This document shows positions 1-11,800 of a DNA stretch of 64,000 nt, piece after piece. The position numbers were made by a program, and so were the translations under genes. The DNA lies in contig JAPDFW010000063.1 of assembly GCA_028826165.1 (NCBI GenBank), positions 186,001 to 250,000 on the forward strand, in the 5' to 3' direction. Below the pieces are notes generated by a model. That model was not told where the DNA came from and searched no databases. It worked only from the letters and a program-made list of their open reading frames with translations. This DNA is from Anaeramoeba ignava BMAN (taxonomy: Eukaryota > Protista > Anaeramoebae). Every line of letters begins with the position of its first letter. The stretch's first letter is position 1.

Positions 1-1818
1 TTGAAAGATAAGCTTGAAGAGCAATATCAAACAATTAAAAATTTGGAAGAAGAAAATAATTCGTTGAAAGAAAAAGTGGAATCAGCAATCAAAGCAATTG
101 AGGAAGAAAAGGGAATAAGAGAAGAAACCGAAGAGGAAAATGAAAAATTGGAAGGAGTTATTAGTGATTTGCGAAAGGAAATTGAGGAGTTAAAGAAACA
201 AATAGAAGAAGCGCTCAATGTTGAACCCCAAATAATAATTCACGAGCCAGACCCAATTATTCCTGAAAGAGATGTTGATATTCTCGAGAAGGAATTGTCA
301 GAATACATCAATTTGCGGTTGAAATTCGATCGCGATTTAATCAGTGTGCTTCCTATTGGAACAAAATCCGCGGATCTTTTGCAAGCAGCAAAAAGCGGTG
401 TTTTACTTTGCAAGTTAATTAATGATAGTTTCCCTTCGACAATTGACAGTAGGGCTATCAATTATGAAATCACCGATGAATCCGCACTTGAAAATCACAA
501 TTTGTGTGTTAATTCGGCAAAATGGATTGGATGTAATGTTGTTGGAATCGAATCACAATCGCTATTGAATGGCGATGAATCATCGATATTGCAATTGACT
601 TGGGAAATTATCAAAGTTGGATTGTTTTCTCAACTCACAATCACAAAACATCCAGAGATTCTTGTTTTATTCGATGAAAACAACACAGGTCCAACTCAAA
701 AACTAGTTGAGGAAATCAATAAAATTCCGCCAGAAAATATTCTTTTGAAATGGATCAACTACCACATTCACAAAGCTGGCGACAAAAGAAACATACAGAA
801 TTTTTCAGGGGATCTTCGCGAACCAAGTGCGTTTGCAATTTTGATGAACCAATTAAGTCCTCAATTGTGTCCACTTGATGAATTTACAAAAGAAACAGAC
901 ATCGATATTCAAGCCAAAGAAATTGAGAAATTCGCATCAAGTTTGGGATGCAAAGAATTTGTTTCCGCGCAAGCAATCGTATCAGGAAGATACGAGCAAC
1001 TAAACATTGCGTTTCTTGCGCTTTTATTTCATACTCGGTCGGGATTATCAATCTCAAAAGAACAAGCTCAAAAAATTGCGTTTGATGACCGCGATCGAGC
1101 AGGAACACGTGAAGAACGCGCTTTTAGAATGTGGATCAACAGCATGGGAATCGAACCTAAGGTGTATGATCTTTATCATGATTTGCGAGACGGGCTGATT
1201 ATTCTTAAGGTTATCGATAAAATCGAACCCGGACTTGTAAACTGGAAAAAAGTCAATTTGGATCCAATTAACGTTTTTAAAGAAGTTGAAAATTGCAATT
1301 ATGTTATTGATTTGGGAAAATTACTTCGTTTGCATTTGGTCAACATTTCGGGACAAAATATTCATGAAGGAAATAGAACATTAATTCTTGGGTTTATTTG
1401 GCAAGCAATGGAATATCACATCAAAGCAATTCTTACAAAATTGAAGGTTATTCGATCCGGAAGAATAACGGATCGTGATATGGTTGGCTGGGCAAATAAA
1501 AAAGTGGAATCCGCAGGAAAACAATCCAAAATTATTAGCTTTAAAGATCGCTCACTTAAAACTGGCATTTTTTTGATTGATTTGGTTTATTCAGTTTCTC
1601 CTAAAGCTGTCAATTATAATTTCGTTCAAAGTGGAAAATCTGATGAAGAATGTATGAATAATGCTCTTTATGCTATTTCGCTTTGCAGAAAAATTGGTGC
1701 TTCTATTTTTGTTTTACCTGAAGATATTGTTGAAGTTAAACCGAAAATGCTTTTAACTGTTGTTGGGGAATTGATGAGAATTGATAAATTAATTAAGAGC
1801 AAAATGGAACAAAAATAA
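1..1818 (+). CDS. Fimbrin/plastin-like actin-bundling protein (tandem CH domains) with N-terminal coiled coil; 5'-truncated by window edge
   Basis: Fimbrin ABD motifs GVLLCKLIN...TIDSRAIN, ENHNLCVNSAKWIGC, PENILLKWINYH, GTREERAFRMWINSMG, NALYAISLCRKIGASIFVLPEDIVEVKPKM; Glu/Lys-rich heptads at the N-terminus. Confidence 0.9.
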   Translation: MKDKLEEQYQTIKNLEEENNSLKEKVESAIKAIEEEKGIREETEEENEKLEGVISDLRKEIEELKKQIEEALNVEPQIIIHEPDPIIPERDVDILEKELSEYINLRLKFDRDLISVLPIGTKSADLLQAAKSGVLLCKLINDSFPSTIDSRAINYEITDESALENHNLCVNSAKWIGCNVVGIESQSLLNGDESSILQLTWEIIKVGLFSQLTITKHPEILVLFDENNTGPTQKLVEEINKIPPENILLKWINYHIHKAGDKRNIQNFSGDLREPSAFAILMNQLSPQLCPLDEFTKETDIDIQAKEIEKFASSLGCKEFVSAQAIVSGRYEQLNIAFLALLFHTRSGLSISKEQAQKIAFDDRDRAGTREERAFRMWINSMGIEPKVYDLYHDLRDGLIILKVIDKIEPGLVNWKKVNLDPINVFKEVENCNYVIDLGKLLRLHLVNISGQNIHEGNRTLILGFIWQAMEYHIKAILTKLKVIRSGRITDRDMVGWANKKVESAGKQSKIISFKDRSLKTGIFLIDLVYSVSPKAVNYNFVQSGKSDEECMNNALYAISLCRKIGASIFVLPEDIVEVKPKMLLTVVGELMRIDKLIKSKMEQK

Positions 1819-2090
1819 TTCAAAAAATGATTAAATAATTGATTTGATTTTTTTTCAATTCAATTTTCAATTCAAAAAAAATTTCTTAATAAAAACAATT
1901 TAATTCTTAATTCTTATTTTTTATTTTTTAATCAATTTGGAAAAAAAAATTTTATTATTCTCCTTTTTATTTATTAAAAAAAAATCTAATTAAAAATTTT
2001 TTTTTTTCCAAATTTCATTTTTTTTTTCTTTTCTTTTTTCTATCACTTAATTTTTTATATTTAAATTCTTTTATTTAATTATTAAAAATA

Positions 2091-5000
2091 ATGCAAGAAA
2101 ATAAAGAAAATAAAAGTAAGAAAGAAAAAATATAATAAAAAAATTTAAAATTTGAATAAAAATTAAATATAAAAATTTTAATTTAAAAGTAAGAGAAATA
2201 CTTGAAAAAAGAAATCAAGAACTTTGTTTTATTCAAGCAGTTGATTTGAATAAAAATAATAAATCAATTGAAAGCTTTTTTATTTTAACAGATTGTCAAA
2301 TAATTTTAGTTAAAAAAAAGAAAATTCTTTCAAGAAAGAAAATATCATTATCAAAACCAAATCATTTATTCAATTTACAAAAAATTAATTCACCAGATAA
2401 TCTTCATGTTTGTTTTTATAAACTAAAACTTAAATTTTAAATTTAAATTTAAAGAAAAAAAAAAGATGATTATTTGAACTAATAATTTGATCTCCTTTTA
2501 TTTTAATTTAAAATCAATTTAAAAAATTTCGAAATTTTAAAATATTCCAAATAACAAATCTTGTTGCATGCTTCTATAATATATTCTTTCTTCAAAAAGT
2601 GTGCATTATTATTTTCAAATATTACAATTTCTTTTACATCAAATCAAACTGATAAAATAATCGAAAAAATTCATCGACAATATCGGAAAATTACGCAAGG
2701 ATTCCCACGCACACACGGGTTTGAGATGGAGATTGGACCGCAAAAACGGATGGAACGGATTGGAGAGAGTTTGATGGATATGAGCGGTAATGAAAAAATA
2801 AAAGCAAAAAACGGATATAAAAAAGATAAATTAACAACAAAACACATGATCAACAAAATAAAATGCAAAAAAATATAGATGAGGAAATCAATCCTGGACA
2901 TGGGTTCCTCGATACATATAGAGCATATTGTCTGCTCGATGGGATTATGCCATCGACACAGTTTATTCATTATATAAAAACACTTTTACAACGAAAGAAA
3001 ATATATCACCATTTAGATTTGACGAAATTTCCAGGAATAAAATATGATCATAAGAGCCCACAATTCCTTGATTTGCGCGCTGTTTTCAACGCGTTGAGAT
3101 ATAACACATGGTTTCGCGAACTCAGTTTGAATGAGAAGTCAAGAAAAGAAGCAGTTTTTTTGATCTCAGAAATTTTGAAAGACAACAAGTCGCTTGTTTC
3201 AATTAATATTTCTGGATTAGGGAGTACATGTTTGAATGATATATCAAAAGCGCTTGAAAGTAATGAGAACTCTGCGGTAAAGAATCTGTATGCAGCGGGG
3301 AATATTATTAATGAAAAAACAGTTACAGAGTTTGCAAATTCGTTAGTTTCAAGAAAAACGGGTCTTACGGTTCTTGATATTGGAGACTGTGAGATGTCTG
3401 TCAAGACAAGTACTCTTCTTTTCTCTTTCTTTTCCAATGCGACTGTGTTCTCGTCTAGTCTTCGCAGGCTGCGGATCGACGGGAATAATCTCGGCATTCC
3501 TGGAACCATTTCTCTTAATGCTTGGTTACAATCAACAGCATCGCAATCAAGCCACAAGATCACTCACTTGTCACTTTCACGCACAGATTGTTCTCTTACT
3601 AAACTCATTCCCGATCTCCAATTATTTGATGATTCGATCATGAACCTGTCACTTTCTTTTAATGATTTAAGTGATCTTTCAACTGCTTCTCAACTTGCAA
3701 ATTTCATCACAAATTCTTTTGTTTTACAGAACTTGGATATTTCTTATGCAAAAATCTCTTTAAACGGTTTTGAGTTGATCATCGATTCCCTCATTTCCAA
3801 CAAGAAGCTCACAAGGTTCTCAATCAACATCAGCGGGAACAATCTCGGCACAAAAGGTGCTGAGATCATCTCCACAAAACTTTTTAACGCCCGCATGATT
3901 GAAAGTCTTATTCTTGATGAAAATAATCTTGGTGATTCTGGTATCGCCCTCATTTCCGCATCGATGATCACTCATCCAAGTCTTAAACGCTTGTCTCTCG
4001 CCCGCAATATCAAAGGCGGATCAACTTGCTCTGCTTCTCCCTCAAAACTTGCTTTGCTTGTTTCTGTAAATCAGGTCATCCAAAACCTCGATCTTTCTGG
4101 TGGAAAAGATTTCTTCTTCGGAAAATCTCTTTTTGATTTCTTTAAAGCTTTTGCCAGTTCAAAATCTATCAAACGGCTAAATATTGAAAATAATAAAATT
4201 GGTGATCAAGGAATCCAAATTCTTGCTGAAAGTCTTAAGAAAAATCAATCCCTTGTTTCTCTTTTTTGGGATGGAAATGATCTTACTCTTCAATCAATTG
4301 AATATATGTATTCTGCTTTGTTTGAAAATCAAACTTTATCTCATCTTCCTATTCCTGAAAACGATATGAAACGATTCCAAAAGAAAAAAGACCAGGAATC
4401 TCTCCATGTTTTCTTTTCTCAAATCTCGGAAAAATTACTCAAAAACCAAAAGAAACAATTTTTTCTTGAAAAAATAAAACGTCAAGAAAAACAAAAAAAA
4501 GTTCAAAAAATCAAACAATATTTGGCTAATAAATCTCCTCAAGATTTTGCAGGAAACACAAGCTTAACTCCAAGACCACTTAAAAAGAAAAATCTCAGTT
4601 TCCAAATGCCCAAAAATTTCCTTGATTTAGCAAATCAAGAAAATAAAGAAAATCAAAATCAAAATCAAAATCAAAATCTAATTCAAATTCAAAATCAAAA
4701 TCAAAATCAAAATCAAATTCAAATTCAAAATGAAAATCAAAATCAAATTCAAAATGATGAAGATGAAGATGAAAATGAAGATGATGAAACTGATAAAGAA
4801 ATTGATCAAGAAACTCCAAAAATATCTCGAAAAATTGATTTAACTTTAGATTTAGATTTAAACTTAAATTTCAATTCAAACTTAAATTTCAATTCTCCAA
4901 AAAATACTAAATTTGTAAACGAATTATTTAGTCCACACACACTTTCAAGTGAAAAATCTCCAAAATCTCCAAAAAACTTTGATCTCTTAAGAGAAGATGA

Positions 5001-7785
5001 TAGTTTTGCTGATAGTTTTGGAGACGATTCATCACCAACAATTTCGATTTCTCGAGAATTTCGAAGTCGTTCAAATTCAGCAAAACAACCAAACTCAAAA
5101 ACATTTTTGGATCCAAATAACGCAAATGATTCATCCTCTTTTTATGCACTATTATCATCAAAACCACTAGATCAATTAGTTCAACCTATGTATGGTCAAT
5201 ACAGCACAAGAAGAACAAAAGCACATGACTCAGTTCCTCCAAATTACAAAGAACTTTCGAATCAAAATGAATTTTCTTATAAGGATTTATCTAATCTTCT
5301 TGATGAAATTGATTCCCAACAAAACAAACCCAAACCCAAACCCAAAGCCAAACCCAAGCAATCACAACCTCCTCAACTTCTGAAATTAAAATCTATTAGC
5401 AATTTTGAGTCAAGACAAGCTCCTTCTTTACTTGATGAAAATCTTATTATAAAAGAAATGGAACCAATGAATGAAAATTTCCGAAAAATTTTAACAACAA
5501 AACCACTTAAAGAAATCAAAAAGTTAATTTCATCCAAAAAAATACAAGTGCATTCAATTTACGATCCAGAATCACGTTCACTTCCTCTTCATTTTGCCTG
5601 CGATATTGGAAACGCAGAATTACTCTCTTTTCTTTTAATTGAAAAATGTTCTCAATTCGTCAATTTTCGCGATAATGCCGGATTATCTCCTTTGCACAGA
5701 CTCATGCATAAATATCTCAATGGCGACTGCTTGATTCTTCTTTATGACTATGGAGCAGACCTAAATATCAAGGACAAACGCGGATGGACTCCGCTTCAAG
5801 TATGTATTAGCCAATTCCAAAAAGAAACAAATTCAACATCAACTCAAAAAAATTCAACTCAAAATATCAAAAAAAATGAAATTGATCCACGAATCCAAAT
5901 GATTGATTTGCTTGTTGAAAAAGGCGCAGATCCGAATTCAGAAGATTCAAAAGGATGGAATGCTTTCCATCGAGCAGCTTCAAAAGGCTTTTTGGAAGCA
6001 TTGAAAATATTCATCAACTCAAATATTGATGTCAATTCTGTTGATTTCAATAAATCGACTGCTCTTCATAAATGCGCAAGAAATGGACATTCAGATTGCG
6101 TCCAATTTCTCATCCAAAAAGGAGCCATCCCCAATTTGAAAGACAAAACGGATCAAACCCCTTTGGATCTTGCGCTTATTTATGGTCACGATTCCTGTGT
6201 TGAACTTCTGCAAAAATTCTATTTGAATGAGAACGAAAATTTACATGAAACTTCTATTGAAAATTTGGATTTAAATTTGAATGAAAATTTGCATGAAACT
6301 TCAATCGATAATTTAAATGAATTGGAAAATTACATCCAAAATGAAAATGATGAGAATTTCATCAGAAATAATCTTGATGAAGACTCTTCAGAAAAAGATG
6401 AATTTTCAAATATTCAAAATGAAATGAAAGAAAATCAATCCCAGTCAAATATTTCTATTCTTGATAACACAACCCCGAATAAGGACTCCATTGACGGTCA
6501 AGAGCAAAATATCAAATTAACTGTCGAAGTTCTTGATACAATCCCCAATTTTGACGAGAGATTATTTGCCAAATCAATTACAAAATCAAGAACTTTCAAC
6601 ATTTGCATTTTAGGCACACACGAAAGTGGCAAAACCAAACTTGTGGAAAGACTAATTATGCACAGATTCAACGAAGAAACAAAATCATATGAAATTGAGT
6701 CGAAATATCAAAAAATTATGCTTATTAACAAACTTGAAATGCTTTTGAATATTGTGGATGTTTCCGGTGACGAAATTTACATGCCGTTTCTCAGCAAGTG
6801 GATCAACTCAGTCGATGGGTTTATAGTCACATTTTCCGCAACAGATAGTCTGCAAATGATCCATGATCTCGAAAACAAAATCTTGTTCCGAATTCATCAA
6901 TTTAAAAAACACTTGAAAAAAATCCCACTTGTTGTTGCTTGTCTGAAATATGATCTTTTTAATAAAGACTTTTTGGATCAAAATAAAGAAAATAAAGATC
7001 TGAAAATGATTCAGGAATCAATTGAAGAAGGCAAAAAAATCAGTCAGAAATATAACTATCCGTTTATTCAAATTTCTTCCAAATTGAATTCAAATGTAAA
7101 TAAAGTGTTTTCTTTAATTGTCAAAGAAATGTACCGAATTTACGAACGAGCAGAAGATATCCAGCATGAAGAAGAAAAAATGCGGGAGAAAAGAGAGCAC
7201 CAAATCAAAATGCGTCAAAAACGAAGAGAAGCAAGAATACGCAAAAAAATCGAATATGAAAATCAACAAAGTCAATCCAAAAATTCAAATAAAAAATCAA
7301 ATACAAAATCAAATACAAAACCAATCGAGAATATTTTTTCTCCTCAAAAAACAAACGATTCTTTTATCGAACTTTCCAGTCAATCATTAGTTCCTTTCCA
7401 TTTACTAATAACATCCACTGAATGTCGTTATTGGTTTGAACAATTTTTATGTCAAGAATTTGCTGAAGAAAATTTACTCTTTTATTTTGCTGTTCAGAAA
7501 TGGAAAAATATTCCAAACGAAGAAGCTGGGTTAATTTCACTTGGAGCTAAGAAGATTTACGAGGAATTCATCTCTCCAAATGCTGAACTTGAAATCAATA
7601 TTGATGGAAATACAAAAAATCAAATCAAAATTTTAATTGATCAAGGAAAATTCACAAAATCTCTTTTTGATACCCCTTTGAAACTTGTTTTGGAATTGTT
7701 GCAAAATCATTGCTATATTGATTTTATTCGTAGTGCTTATTATAATAAAATGGTTGAATCTCAAAAATTTCTTTTCGAAAAATGA
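2091..7785 (+). CDS. Multidomain signalling protein: CARMIL-like PH + RI-type LRRs + low-complexity linker + ankyrin repeats + Ras-like small GTPase domain + coiled coil + RGS domain
   Basis: Spliced model: exons 2091-2115, 2190-2407, 2600-2786, 2879-7785 (GT-AG introns that keep frame). LRRs (LNIENNKIGDQGIQILAESLKKNQSL) ~3080-4380; ankyrins (GWNAFHRAASKG, TALHKCARNGH) ~5580-6225; P-loop GTHESGKT and DVSG ~6590-7150; RGS (FEQFLCQEFAEENLLFYFAV...IYEEFISPNAELEINID) ~7390-7770. Confidence 0.85.
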
Positions 7786-7794
7786 TCTTTTTTT

Positions 7795-8700
7795 AAAAAA
7801 AGATTTAACAAGATTTAAAAAGATTTAATAAGATTTAAAATCAAAAAGATTTAAAAACTAAAAACATTTATAATGATTTAAAATGATTTAACAAGATTTA
7901 TAATGATTTAAAAAGATTTAAAAAGATTTATAAAGATTTAATAATGATTTAAAAAGATTTAAAAAGATTTAACAAGATTTAATAAGATTTAAAAAGATTT
8001 ATAAAGATTTAATAAGATTTAATAAGATTTAAAAGATTTAAAAAGATTTAAAAAGATTTAAAAAGATTTAATAAGATTTAATAAGATTTATAATGATTTA
8101 AAAAGATTTATAATGATTTAAAAAGATTTAATAAGATTTAATAAGATTTATAATGATTTAAAAAGATTTATAATGATTTAAAAAGATTTAATAACATTTA
8201 TAAAGATTTAATAAGATTTAATAAGATTTATAATGATTTAATAAGATTTATAATGATTTAAAAATGATTTAAAAAGATTTATAAAGATTTAAAAACTAAA
8301 AACATTTATAAAAGATTTAATAAGATTTAATAAGATTTATAATGATTTAAAAACATTTATAAAGATTTAAAAAGATTTAAAAACTAAAAACATTTATAAT
8401 GATTTAATAAGATTTATAAAGATTTAATAAGATTTAATAAGATTTAATAAGATTTAAAAAGATTTAATAAGATTTAATAAGATTTAAAAAGATTTAATAA
8501 GATTTAATAAGATTTATAATGATTTAAAAAGATTTAATAAGATTTATAATGATTTAAAAATGATTTAAAAAGATTTAAAAAGATTTAAAAAAGATTTAAT
8601 AAGATTTAATAAGATTTAAAAAGATTTAATAAGATTTAATAAGATTTAATAAGATTTAAAAAGATTTAAAAAGATTTAAAAAGATTTATAATGATTTAAT
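7795..8700. repeat. Intergenic tandem array, ~10-bp unit AAGATTTAAT/AAGATTTAAA
   Basis: Visible imperfect 10-mer array starting just after the stop codon. Confidence 0.95.
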
Positions 8701-8847
8701 ATCAAATTTGATTTATTTTTTTTTATTCATTAAAAATGTGGATTATGAATAAATTGAATTCCTCTAAAAAAATTTTTTTAATTTTCAATTTTTCATTTTT
8801 TTCCTTTTTTTCCTTTTTATTTTTATTGTTTTTTTTTTTTTAAAAAA

Positions 8848-11800
8848 ATGAATTCTGTTGTTAATTTATTCAAATATTATATTTTAAATTCTCCAAATCA
8901 TTTCATTTCTTTTCTTTTTTCAAAAACTTTAGGAAATTTTATTGAATCAACAAATTCTGAAAATTTTGAATATAATTTTACAAACTCTCATTTTAATTTA
9001 TTAATAAAAAAATTAAATTTCCTTCAAAAAGTAAAAAAAAAAGAAAGAATTTAATTTAATTTAAATTTAAAAAAAAAAAACTTCAAAAATTAAAAAAGAA
9101 ATATCAAAATTTTAAATTAGATAATTAATGAAAAATTAAATTATTTGCAAATTCCTTTAAAATTTTGTACTGGATTTCTTTCTGGAGTTGAAATTTCAAT
9201 TCCAACTTCTTTAAATGGATGTTTTATTAGAATTGAAAAAATTGATTTAAAATTTGGTAATTTAAATTTAATTGAAAATTTAATTGAAAATTTAATTTAA
9301 AATTTAATTTGAATTTTAGAAATGAATAATAACAAAATGCAATCATTTAAATCTCCTCAAAAATCTAATAATATTGATAAGAAAGAAATTCAAGATGAAA
9401 ATTTTTCAGAAAATTTTTCCAATGAAAAGAACTCTTTTAACCACATTCTAATGAATATTATTCTTAATACAGAACTTTTTATTCATAAAATTAATTTTGT
9501 GGTTGATGTTTTTGATGAAGAAAAAAACTCAATTATTTTGGATATTGATTTTTTATCTTTAAAGCAATTTATATTTATTCAAAATGATGAGATTATAAAA
9601 TCTTTTACTCAAAATTTGAAAGATTTCTCTTTTCTTCATAGCGCATTATCTAGAAGAATCAAATTTAAAAAAATTTCAGTAAAAAATAAATCACAACAAA
9701 AGAAAAATGAGAATTAATTATTGATTTGGCAAAAAAAATATCAAAAAAAAAAAAAATAAAATAGATTTCAATCCAAAATTTAGAAAATCTCAAAACTTTA
9801 TTTATGATTCAAGGAGATTCAAATTTAATAGAAATTTTGGAGCATTTTAACAAAAATGTTGATAATAAACAGAAAATTTCATCTCAAAACAATTCAAATT
9901 TTCCAATTATTATAAAAGCTGTAATTGATAATATTTTCATTCAATTTGATGAATCTACTTTGGAGAAATTATCTAAAATTATCACAAACACATTGAAGAA
10001 ATTTGAAATTATACTTCAAGAAGAAATCAACAACGAAGAAAATTCAAAAATCAATGAAATTAATAAATCCTTCTCTGAATTTCAAAATAATAATAATAAT
10101 AACAACCAATCAGAAGTTTATCAATTTTTAATAAATCAAAAGAAAATGCAAAAAGAGCAATTGGATGAACTTACCCAATCAATTCATGATATAATATATA
10201 TACAATCAAGAAATCAAACAGACACAAACGAATCAGAATTTTCTGAAGAAAACTCTTTGAATCTTCGATTGGATTTTCATCTTGACAATCTCTCAATTTT
10301 CTATGTTTATGATCAATCTTGGATTGATTTATTTCAACCAAAAAATAGAGAAGTTGCAAATTTTGAGTTTGCTCATTTCCATTTTAAAAAAATCACCTTT
10401 AATTTGGAAAAGGCAATACAGCAATATATTAAATTCTCATTTGAGGATATTTTGGTTCAAGAAAATCTTAAAAAAAATGGAACACTTTATAAAATTGAAG
10501 TTATTAAATTTCTTCAAGAGAGAAAAATTGAAGAAGAAAATTTGCAACGTTTTAATTTGAAAATGAAAATAAATAAATTTTTAAAAGAAAATACAATTGA
10601 GATTACTCTGGATTCTCTCAAAATGATATTCGATTTTAAAATGTTGATTAGATGGATTCCTTTGTTAAGGTTTATAAACAATAAATTTAATCAAAATCAA
10701 GATGAAAATGAAAATCAAAATCAAAATCAAAATCAAAATCAAAATGAAAGAGCCAAAATGAAATTCACAATTTCACCTTTTAATATACAATGCGAAATCC
10801 CAATATTTACTGAAAGAGAACCTCATTTTGAAGATTATTATAATTATGAACAAATTTTGTTGTTAAATATCAAAGATTTGCAAATATTCAATGAAGAAAA
10901 TGGTGAAAATCTAAATTTTTCATTTAAATATATGAAAGGATATTTTACCGATAAATTATTCAAAGAAATCCAAAATGAAGATTTTTTCAACTTGATTATC
11001 AATGGTATTTTTAAAGAAGATCAAGAATTTATTGATCCTTACTTTACATTTAAAATGAAAAGTCTCAAAGATCTCCAAGAAATTGATTCAGAAAAGCTTG
11101 ACAAAATCAAATTCCAAAATGATAATAGAAAGGATTATTTTGGAAATTATGATTACTTACCCATTTTTGGAGATGATTCTGATTTTATTTCTCAATCGGA
11201 AGAAGTTTTGAAATACACAAAAATCACAATGGAACTAAATTTCCCATTTGTTAAATTTGCTCTTCTCCAATCAGATGTTTCTCTTTTATTAGACTTCTTT
11301 TTGTTTCTTGATTTATTTTCAACCAAATTGGATCAAGAATTATTCCCAAATGAAAATGAACTCAGCAAAAGGAAAATTCCACCAACAAAATTTCTTCTCA
11401 AAATGAATATGGATAAGGTTGTTGTTGTATTTGAGGAGCATCAAGAAAATTATTACAAAAAAGCTTTACTTCCAGGAAGACATTCTTACGAATTTGAATT
11501 TTCTCAAGTTTTTGGAATTAATATTACAAATTTTTTGAGTGACAAACTAATTTATTTCTTTATAAAATCACAAGATGTTTTTCTAAGTGATATATATCGG
11601 GATTATCAACATAATAATAATAACAATAATAACAATAATAACAATAACCAAGACCAAAATGTAAAGGATATCATTTTGTCACGAATCCCATTGAAGAAAA
11701 AATTTGAAAAGCAAGAAATGATTACTTTTTCAGTCATTCTCAATTCAAGTCAAAATCATCTGAATAAAAGTGATTTTAGTAAAGAATTGATCCTCAATTT

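Noticed and set aside
2863-7785. Roco/LRRK assignment for the LRR-ANK-GTPase protein
   Set aside because: No COR domain or kinase follows the GTPase; it is followed by a coiled coil and RGS
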